A stretch of 32,000 bases of DNA from Synechocystis sp. PCC 6803 substr. PCC-P (GTDB taxonomy: Bacteria > Cyanobacteriota > Cyanobacteriia > Cyanobacteriales > Microcystaceae), in NCBI RefSeq assembly GCF_000284455.1, contig NC_017039.1, forward strand, positions 1,170,001 through 1,202,000, read 5' to 3'. This document shows positions 1-9,800 of the stretch, piece after piece (within the stretch, counting starts at the first letter, position 1; every line of letters starts with the position of its first letter). The notes beneath the pieces were generated by a model. That model searched no databases. It saw only the letters and a program-made list of their open reading frames with translations, and was not told the DNA's origin. Position numbers and translations under genes: made by a program.

Positions 1-442
1 AAACGTCTTGGGCTGATTGATAAAGGAGGGGAATATTTTGCACACCAATGACATCGGGAGCTACTTTGTCGATGATGGGCCCAGCAACGCTGACAATTTC
101 AAAACGTCCTCCGGTAATGAACTGTACTGCTTGGGGATCGCCAGCGGGAATGGAAGCGTCGTGGGGAATGGGGGAAACAAAAAGTTCTCCCTCCGTTTGC
201 TTAAATACTTCTAGCCACAGTTCTTCTAGGGCTTTATGGAGAGGGCTAGTGTCGGGTTGATTATGAAGATGGAAAGCTCGAATTTTTGCTTGGCTATAAT
301 ACTCCCCATACTTACCAGGCAGAGGCAAAATTTTGTTTAAAATTTCCTGGGGAATGCCCTCGGCTAATAGTTTTGGTGCGGCGATCGCCAGAAGGGAACT
401 GGCCCCTGCCAAAGCGAGAAAATTTCTCCGTGAATGTTTCAT
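1..442 (-). CDS. Periplasmic solute-binding protein, DctP/TRAP type (5' part; gene runs off the window start)
   Basis: Absent from the ORF track because it has no stop inside the window. Manual reverse translation from the ATG at 442-440 stays open to nt 1: MKHSRRNFLALAGASSLLAIAAPKLLAEGIPQEILNKILPLPGKYGEYYSQAKIRAFHLHNQPDTSPLHKALEELWLEVFKQTEGELFVSPIPHDASIPAGDPQAVQFITGGRFEIVSVAGPIIDKVAPDVIGVQNIPLLYQSAQDV.. It has a twin-arginine-like signal (SRRNFLALAG) followed by a pattern typical of DctP-family binding proteins. The family call is from memory. Confidence 0.6.
   Translation of the reverse strand, partial: MKHSRRNFLALAGASSLLAIAAPKLLAEGIPQEILNKILPLPGKYGEYYSQAKIRAFHLHNQPDTSPLHKALEELWLEVFKQTEGELFVSPIPHDASIPAGDPQAVQFITGGRFEIVSVAGPIIDKVAPDVIGVQNIPLLYQSAQDV
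381..388. repeat. HIP1 palindrome GCGATCGC (one of 18 perfect copies in the window; this one overlaps the left breakpoint of the duplication)
   Basis: Exact 8-mer read in the sequence. Other perfect copies start at 850, 3805, 4216, 5230, 9548, 10620, 11084, 11643, 14872, 15360, 16507, 20809, 24438, 26456, 28477, 29686 and 31106. Confidence 0.95.
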
Positions 443-590
443 AACTGATATTCCCCATTATTTAGCTCTGAATTATAAGGCGTAATTTTCTAGTCAAAGC
501 TGACCTCGACCACATTTTTGGCAAAGCTTCCATAATGCCTGGGTGATGGAATAGGCGGCGGCTTTGGAAGCAGAAAGGGAAATTACTGGG
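384..590. repeat. Left copy of a diverged direct duplication (SDR 3' end + spacer + binding-protein 5' end)
   Basis: Manual alignment gives three collinear blocks: 384-529 vs 10076-10220 (about 93% identity, one 1-nt indel), 534-575 vs 10428-10469 (40/42), and 576-590 vs 10497-10511 (13/15). Confidence 0.85.
490..590 (-). pseudogene. Decayed 3' fragment of a short-chain dehydrogenase gene (paralogous remnant of the intact gene at 10181-10927)
   Basis: The minus strand reads ..SFAKNVVEVSFD* (stop at 490-492), versus ..[12 protein letters not shown] at the end of the intact SDR. The upstream homology is interrupted by about 205-nt and 27-nt deletions relative to the intact gene. There is no start codon and no Rossmann region. 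Confidence 0.75.
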
Positions 591-825
591 AAAAACCCTA
601 CAAATGAAGGGTTTAGCTTCCTAGAAATTGCTGCTTAAATCTTGGAATGTAGCATCGGCACAGAAGATGGTTAAGCAATGGTTATGAGACTTTCCTAAAG
701 AATAATGATAATTTATCTACGGCTCTGGATAATTTTCTCGAAGACCTCCACCTCCCGGTCATAGACATAAGTACTTTCTACTTTGTTCAACATCCTGTTT
801 TTCCTCTGTCTTACATAAGGTATTT

Positions 826-3800
826 ATGGCTGCCTCTACCCAGACTCCGGCGATCGCCGTTGACTCGAACGGTTTTACACATTTAGTTTGGAACCAAAAT
901 AACGTCATTTACCACGCCTACTACGACCCTTCTGTCGGGCGGTGGCGGGAATCTGCTCCGATCGCCAATAGTGTCAGTGCCAAAGAACTTAAAATTACCA
1001 CAGGAGTACGAAGCCAAGGGGAAGAAACAGGAAGTTCCGTAGAGGGGATTTTTATTTCTTGGATCGAAGGAGAAGGAAATAACAGCGATATTCATGGCGC
1101 TAGCGGCATTCTCAATAGCCTAGGGCAATATAACTGGGGCCAAACATTCAAGCTCACCGATGACGCAGTGAGTGATGAAAATATGCGGTTGCAGACCACT
1201 GCCGACGGTAATCTGCTCCTAATCACCGAAAAAATTGACTTAGATGATCCCCAAGCTGACAGAGATTTATACAGCCAAGTCATAGACCTCAGAAACCGAG
1301 AAACACTCCATAACACCCTCACCCAGGTCAAGCCTCTCAATCCCAGTAATTTTATTGCTCCCAATGCTTCCCCCACCTTGGCCCTCGGAGATGGAGATAT
1401 ACAAGTTCCAGGAACTTTTTTAATCACGAAAGAAAACAAAAAAGAGTATCAACTTCCTTTATCTTTTTTTAACGGCAAATTGGAATTCAAAAATGCCCTT
1501 GCCCTAGGGGGGGGGATCAACTTTACGAACCTGATTAATTCGGGTGATCCAGGGCTATCTGCTTTTTTGCAACTGCAGGATGAACTGTCCGGGGCACTGA
1601 GCTTCGGTAAAAACAAGGTTTCCCTCAAAGGTCGTCTACAGGGGAAACTCCAACTAGATTTTTTACTTAACGGGGATGGCAATACTTTTTCTGCATCCGA
1701 TGCCCTGAGGCTCAGGGGAGAATACGAACGTAATTTATTACCAGGGAAAACCACCTATGACATTGGTTTTTCTGTAGGTGGAGTTCCGATTTCTCTCCTC
1801 GATGCTGAAGTTCAGTTGGGATTGCTTTTTGATTTGGCTTTTACGCTCAAACAAAAATGGAGTACAGATTTTGATCTTACCCCCCAAGCCCTAGTCACGG
1901 GGGGATCAACCCTAGCTGAAACTCAGACAGAAAATACAACTGTTGAATATTGGTATTCCTTGGTGCGGGCTGATGGCACTCCGGCCCAGCCTGGAGATGA
2001 CCCCAGCCAACTCTACTGGCTAATCAATTCGGACCAAGCCGCAGACAATTTGCTTGCGCCGCCCCCTGGTTTAGAAGCTCCAAGTCCAGCGGAATTAGCA
2101 CTGATTCCCGGCGTGGAAAACACTGGTCTTCTTAGCTTTGGCACTGGATTATCAGGCAAATTAAAGCTGGCCTTGCTTGGCTTTACGGCTTTTGATTTTG
2201 AAAGCAAGCTAGAGATCCTGGCAAACTTTGAAGTTTTCCCTAACGTCGGATTTGATAGCTTAGAAGAAACACTCGCACTAGGGCTAAATCTTTTTGGTAA
2301 AAAATGGTCCACAACCCTCAAAGTTGAGCAAAACTTCGATAATCCCAGCTTGATTGCAGAAAATTTGTCGACTACCCTCAATGCCGATGATTTGCTAGTT
2401 GGCATTAACCCTGATTTTATCCAAGGAAGTACTGCGATCTATGCGGGCAATCCCCTTGATGGCACTAGTGTTGGTTCTAATCTGACCGATGACACCTCCC
2501 CCAGTATTCTTGTAGCGAGTGATGGCAATCTTTATGCTACCTGGGTGAAAAATACCCATAATGAAAGTCTGTCCCAGGTGTTACTGGCGAAATCCACCGA
2601 TGGCGGCAATACCTGGAGCAATCCTTTAGTGATTCCCAACAGTGCCGGCATGAACTTTAACCCGGTCATCGGCACAACGGTAACGGGGCAACTATTGGTG
2701 GTTTGGAGTAATGCCAGTCCTGATATTTTTAATCCCGATGGAAGCGTTAACCGGCCTGAGTTTGTTGAATCCCTTGCGGCCAGTACGTTGTTCTATTCAA
2801 CCTCCAATGATAATGGCGCTACTTGGAGCGATGCCATACCCATTAACCCAGACATTAAAACTCCCCAGGCTTTGACCCTAACTCAACTGGCGAATGGCGC
2901 ATTACTTCTATCCTGGGTCGTAGCGGATACCCTGATACCAGATACCGGACTATATACCAATGGCGGTGACACTAAGAATGATGTACTTTACAGTTCTTTT
3001 TGGAATGGAACAAGCTGGAGTAATGCTCAAATCGTAGCTAGCGGTGACCTGCGTTTATTAGAAACGCCCGTATCTGCAACGGTGGGCGGCGAAGCGACAA
3101 TATTCTGGACAGAGGTGAATCCTGCTGCCGATGATGGCATAAGTATTTTTTATAGTAGCTATAATCAGCAATTTGCCCAGTGGACTCCTGCGGTTCTATT
3201 TGCGCCGGATTTATCAAACCTCACCACTTTCCAAACCGTGGCGGAGGCGATCGAAATTAGCAACAGCATCAGCAATCAAACAGTTAATTCTGCTTTTGAT
3301 CAGCCAACCCACAACAGTGTTGTGGCGGAAAGTGATTTGCGCTTAGTAATTCCCCACAACAATAGTCAAGGCTCCAGTCAACTCCAAGTTTCACCTATTC
3401 GGGTAAAAGAAACCGATGGCGAAGCTGTTTTGCTTGTGCGTCGCACCGGGAATATTCAAGAAGCGGTGAGCTTTAATTATCGTACTGTAGATGGTTCTGC
3501 CACAGCGGGGGCTGATTATGTAGCCCAGGCTGGAACCCTGACCTTTGCTCCAGGGGAAGTTTTCAAGGAGATTCGGATTGCAATCCTAGATGATGACATT
3601 ACCGAACGCCGGGCAGAAAAATTTCGGGTGGTCATCACTAGTGACCATGAAGGTGCTCACCTCCGCCTAGATGGTTTGCGTTTGGGGAATACCAGATTAG
3701 AACTCGTTGCAACGGTAACAACCATTGAGGATGAGCCAACCAGCCTATCTGAAATTGACAGTGGTTTCATCTTAAATGCAGATCCCCTAGCCCAAGCTGG

Positions 3801-6800
3801 TATGGCGATCGCCCCAGGGGGAGATATAAATAGTGATGGCACGGATGATTTCTTGGTAGGCGCACCGGCCAAAAATGGGGGCAATGGTGCCGTCTATGTG
3901 GTCTATGGTAATCCGACCATTGGCATTCGGGATCAAGGTCTATCCTTGGATAGTCTTGATGGTACTAATGGGGTCATTATCCAGGGAGCGAGTCAAAGCC
4001 TATTGGGAACGGCCATGGCGACGGCGGATTTAGACAGTGACGGGTTGAGTGATCTGGTGTTGGGAGCTCCTCAAAATTCAGTGCAAAATTCTGCGGGTAA
4101 AGTTTATATTCTGCGGGGTAGCAACGTCGAGGGTCAAAGCACTATTGATTTATCTACGGCTTCTAGTTTAGTTTTGGAGTCCAATCAAGCCGGTAATGCG
4201 GCGGGCTTTAAAACGGCGATCGCCGACGTGACAGGGGACGGTCTAGCAGATGTGATTATCAGTGCCCCTGCCATTAATACCATTTATGTAGTATTTGGGT
4301 CGGCCATTAAAAATGCCCTGAACAGTAACACCCCCTCCCTGAATTTGGACAATCTAGGCAGTGACGGCTTTCTTCTAAATACAGGGATCGGCCAAATCGG
4401 AACAGGATTAGGCGTGGCTGACATCAATGGCGATGGTGTCTTTGATCTATTATTGGGGGCACCCCAGGCCAATCCGGTAGATTATTCTGGTAGCGAAGAT
4501 GCGGATAGTAAGCCTCTAGCCTATGGCGGTCAGGTCTATGTTGCCTTTGGTGGCACCGGTTTAAATGGTTCTTTGAACCTAGGTCAACTCAATGGCAGTA
4601 ATGGTCTGATTCTCAATGGGCAAGCTTTTTATAACCAGTCCAACCTGGGGGGAGGCACCCCCTCTGACCCGAATTTACAGCCGGACTTCACTATTGCAGA
4701 TAACGCTGGCACCAACGTGGTCAATGCGGGCGACATCAATAATGACGGTTTCGATGACTTTATTATCAGCGCCGCCAACTCTGCCGCCAATGGCATTAAT
4801 GGCTTAGGGCGAGCCTATGTGGTTTTTGGCAAGGCTTCGGGATGGAATAGTGCGATTAATTTGCAAAATCTCGATGGCACCAATGGATTTATCATCAACG
4901 GTATTTACGATACAACCCAAAATTTGGGGGGTAATGCAGGGTACTGGATTTCCGCTGTCGGGGATATCAATAACGACTTTTTTGATGACTTTATTATCAG
5001 CGCGCCAACCTTAGGAACCAATGGGCCTAACAGTGCCACCGGCCAAAGTTATCTTATTTTAGGTACAAGTCAATGGGCTAATTTCCTCAATCAAGGGGTA
5101 CTGGAATTATCCGACGTCAATACTCTTAATAGTCGGGTCTTTTTGTTTAACAATCCTAACTCCGGTACTCAATTGGGCTTAGGCCTGGGGTCTATTGGGG
5201 ATGTGAATGGAGATGGTTCCCCCGATATGGCGATCGCCACGCCTCAGATCTATCCAGGAGTCGAGACTAGCCAAATTTACGTTGCCTACGGACACCCTTG
5301 GGTCGGAGCGGGCGGCAGTATTGATGTCACCAAATTGCGGAGTGATAACGGTTTTGTCTTCCAGCCCGTCACTAAGAATGAAATTGGAACGGTGCAGTTA
5401 GGGGCGGATATTAACAACGACGGCTATGTTGATACCCTAATTGCGGATGCGGGCTTTAATGGTGCTGGGGGGAAAATTGTTTACCTTTTCTTTGGCAGTG
5501 ACCCGGCTCAACCCAGCACTTTTGTCGATAGTGTAGCGATTACGATCGCCAGCAATGATGGTCTGATTTTAGGTCAGCAAACCCTCGACTACGGCGACTT
5601 CAACAACGATGGCATTACTGATTTTGTCGTTTCCCGCAGTGGCGCCTTAGGGCAAAGCTACGCAACCATTATTTTGGGTAGCGAAGATTCCTCCATCTGG
5701 TCAAGCATTAACCCCGATACCGGCATTGACATCAATAATTTACTTGCAAGTAATGGTGGTGTTAATATCACCGTTCCTAACGTTCCTAACCAAGGCGCAC
5801 TGGTGAATCTAGCCTCCGGTGACTTTAACGGGGATGGTATAGATGATGTTTTACTTAGCAGCGCAAACCTCAACCCAGTCATTGTTTTTGGCAAAGAAAC
5901 CTGGAGCAGTGGAGTAACTAGCAATGTCAATGTTTTAAATGAGTCTTTACCCATCCAAATTGAAGCGGGTAAACCAATTACAGCAGTCAATTCCCTGGGG
6001 GATGTTAATGGTGATGGCTACGAGGATTTTGGCTTGATTGGCATTGATGAGGTTAATGAAAACCTTTATGGTTACGTCATTTTTGGCAAAAACAATTTAG
6101 CCTCCAATTCCTCCCTCAATTTAGCAACCCTCAATGGCAGTAATGGCTTTAAGTTAACCTCTCCAAGCATTTCTAGCATATCTGAGCAGGGAGGAGTGGG
6201 CAGTATTAGCTTGGCAGGAGATCTCAACGGTGATGGCTTTGGAGACTTCATTGTCGGCCTGACGAATGATCTTAACTTTGGTAAGAATGGCGCAGCCTAT
6301 GTTGTCTTTGGAGGCCGTAACCTTGGCTCCAGCGGCTCTTTCAACCTCAGCAACTTAAATGGTGGCAACGGCTTCACCATCCAGCAGGCTCCTGGCTCAG
6401 AAGACCTCGTAGGTTATAGTATCGCTGGCGGCGGAGATATCAATGGGGATGGTTATGATGACTTGCTGGTTAGTGCCCCTAGCGCAGGAGTTGGGAACCC
6501 AGATGGGACAAATAATGGTGATACAGAAGGAACTATTTATACTCTATTTGGTAGTTCTATTCTCGGTGTTGGTGGCACGGTGGATCTGTCCAATTTAAAT
6601 GGCAGTAATGGATTTGAGACCGTTGGTGCCCAAGCCTATTCCTTTGCGGGTTCCTTTGTGGGGGGATTAAGTGATGTCAATGGGGACGGCTACGCCGATC
6701 TTGGCATTGGGGCCCAGGGTGACAACTCCCAAGGAGTTTCAGGGTTGGCCTACAACGTCTTTGGTGGGGACTTTACCCAGAATGTCACCTACGTTGGCAC

Positions 6801-9800
6801 TATTGACAACGACATTTTTTCGGCAACTTCCCTCGCAACCTCATCCGCTCCCCATATTATGAATGGGGGTCAGGGTAACGATATTTTGCAGAGCGCAGGT
6901 GTAAATGTTTCCGCCGGGGGACGAGTCGTGATGAATGGAGGCCAAGGCAATGACTTGCTATCCATCGGGAGTCTCAATTTTGAACGCTTGGACGGGGGTA
7001 GTGGTAAAGATATTTTGCAACTCAATAGTTACATTCTGTCTTCCAACAACCTTGACCTCACCGATACCACAATCGGCAGTCGGATCCGAGGTATTGAAGT
7101 CATTGACCTAGGAATTAACAATCGGGTCACGTTGAACGTAGAAACCCTCACAGCCTTATCTGATACCACCAACACTTTTACGGTTTTGGGTCATAACTCC
7201 TTTATCGTCGCCAGTGACTTCCAGAATTGGACAAAATCAGGGACTGTGACAGAACAAGGTGTAACTTATGACCAGTACATAAATAAGGGAACTAAGCTCT
7301 TAATTCAACAAAGCAATAATCTATTTGAGTCCACCGCTGTTTCCTCTGTGGCGGTCTATGGTACAGAAAACGGTGAAACCCTCGTGCCAGGTATTTTTCC
7401 CGGATTTGTCGGCAAAGATAATATCATTTTTGCCCTAGGGGGAGATGACTTAGTCGATCTGAGTCTGGCCCAGGGCAACAATCAAGTTTATGGTGGTCCA
7501 GGTAACGATCGCCTTATTGCAGGACAAAATGATTCTCTGTTCGGGGGTTTAGGAAACGACATCCTTGATACCTCGGGCGATCGGGGAACTAATAACCTAA
7601 ATGGTGGAGATGGAGATGATACTTTCTTCCTGGGACAGGGAGACAAGGCCTTCGGTAACGATGGTAATGATCGCTTCTTCATGCGGGGCAGTGGTCGAAA
7701 CTTGATCAGCGGTGGAGCCGGAGCGGATCATTTTTGGATTGCGGATATTGACTTTACCAATTCTTTTAATGCGATTCTGGACTTTGAGCTAGGTATTGAT
7801 ACCATTGGGCTTAAGGGTTTAGCTTCCCGTCAAGACGATCTCAAGCTCATTCAGTATGGCACTGATGTTTTAATTGCCCTAGGGGATGAATATCTGGCTC
7901 GGGTAACAGGTGTCCTGCGTCCCTTCCTAGAAGTTGTTAGTGATGGCATAGACCTATTTGTTCAAGGTGCCCAAGATGTATCTCCCATTGTCGTTAGCAA
8001 TACAAATGACTCGGGAGCCGGTTCCCTTCGGCAAGCCATTATTGATGCAGGCGCTAATGCCAGCCCCGATACGATTGATATGACTGGTATCGCCGCTGGC
8101 ACCATTATTTTGAATAGTCCTTTACCCACTCTCAATAACCGTAATGATATTACCTTTGTAACTCTAGGAGCCTTTGGTACTCCAACGATAAAGTTTAATA
8201 ACCCCTCGGCTTTCAACAATATTTTCACCCTTGAAGGGGTCGCAGTTAATCTTTCCTACATGAACTTGCAGAATGGCTATGCCAAAGGCGGCGATGGGGT
8301 AAGTGGCGGCGGCGGTGGTGCCGGGGCTGGTGGCGCCCTAACTATCCTCCAAGGTAGTACTGTCATTATTGATAATGTGAGCTTTGACAGCAATCGAGCC
8401 GTGGGCGGCAATGGAACAGCCGGGGCCCGTGGTGGTGGTGGTGAGATTTTTGGAACCCCGGATGATCGTCCTTCTGCCGGGGGAGGGGGCGGAAATTTTA
8501 ACGCCTCTGGTAATGCCAACAATGGCGGTGCCGCAGGGTCTGTTGGTGATGATAAAGCTGGGGGAACTGGGGGAACTGGGGGAACTGGAGGTTTCGGGAT
8601 CGGTGGCGGTGGCGGTGGTGGCGGTGGCGGTAGTTCAAGTGGTAGTCCATTTGATTTTACTCCCAGAAATGGAGGAAGTGGCGGCCCTGGTGGTGCTGGT
8701 GGCTTTGGTGCCGGTGGTGGTGCTGGTGGCGGTGGCGGTGGTTCTTCAGGACAAAATCCTGGTGATGATAAGAGAGGTGGCTTTGGTGGTTCTGGAGGGT
8801 CCGGAGGTGGCAATCCCATCGGTGGGAATGGTAGTGTAGGGTCTCAAGGGGGCGCTGGTAATACAGTTGAAGGAGGTAGTCCCGGAAATGGGGGTAGTGG
8901 CGGCGGCGGTGCTGGTTTAGGCGGTGCGCTCTTTATTAACCAGGCCACGGTTACCATCACTAATTCCCAGTTCAGTGGCAACACAACCCAAGGAGGAACT
9001 GGGGGAAATTCCGGTCAAGCATTGGGCGGAGCCATTTTTATTACCGACAATTCCTTCGTGACTGGTGCGGGTCTGACATTCAGCAATAATTCTGCTCCCA
9101 GTAGTCCCGGCGGTAGTTTTAGCAATGCCTATGGCCAGTTCCAAAACAATAATGATGTCTATGGCACCATTGATTCCCTTTCCAATGCTTCAACGAACCT
9201 ATTCCTGGTTCCTCCCCTTACTCCCGAGGTGCAAAACGAGATAAGCGTCGTTGCTAAAGACAATCTTTTCTTTGTGCAATTGCCTGACGGCAGTGAAGTC
9301 AGTCTTCTTTACGAGGATCAGCCCTTTGTAAGTGGCAGTTTTGGAAATTGGCAAATCCTCGAAGCAGAAACAATTAATGGTGTTAATAACGTGCTTTGGC
9401 AGAATCCTGATATTGATGAAATTGGGGTTTGGAACGCCGATAGTAACTGGAACTGGATTTCGTCCGAAACTTGGCCTACCAATTCTTTCAACACTTTGGA
9501 AGCAGAAATTAATTTCCAGATTGATTTAAACGGCGATGAACTCCTTGGCGATCGCCTTACAAATATTGAAAGCAAAGGTAACACTAGTTTTCTCGAAGGT
9601 ATCTTTGGTAATTATTATGTTCAAACTGGGGATGATTTAACGGCACCAATCAAATATCTGGGTGAAGTATTTGAAAACAATTTTGGTGACTGGCAGGGCC
9701 TAGCAGCGGAGACAGTTAATGGTATTAACCAGGTACTTTGGCAAAACCTTGAAACTAGTGAAATTGGTGTTTGGAGCACCGATAGCAACTGGAATTGGCT

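Noticed and set aside
17-260. Two plus-strand ORFs (17-214 and 48-260) at the window start
   Set aside because: They are antisense to the open, motif-bearing DctP-type binding-protein frame that runs from 442 to the window edge. They show no family resemblance.
713-793. 26-aa minus-strand ORF (MLNKVESTYVYDREVEVFEKIIQSRR) just upstream of the giant gene
   Set aside because: It is too short, has no recognisable family and cannot be tested for conservation here. It could be another gene remnant, but I cannot support that.
8277-8839. 180-aa proline-rich ORF on the minus strand (8277-8819) and 151-aa V/A/L-rich ORF in another plus frame (8384-8839)
   Set aside because: Both are mirror or shifted readings of the GGN-rich glycine spacer of the giant gene (GGN antisense gives NCC, which encodes Pro). 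Neither has independent coding signal, and both lie entirely within a 9-kb uninterrupted ORF.
883-9584. About 15 short ORFs (60-130 aa) antisense to, or out of frame with, the giant gene (for example 883-1095, 1092-1439, 2013-2405, 5658-5990, 9318-9584)
   Set aside because: They have no recognisable motifs and low-complexity or basic compositions typical of antisense frames. All are nested in the long ORF.
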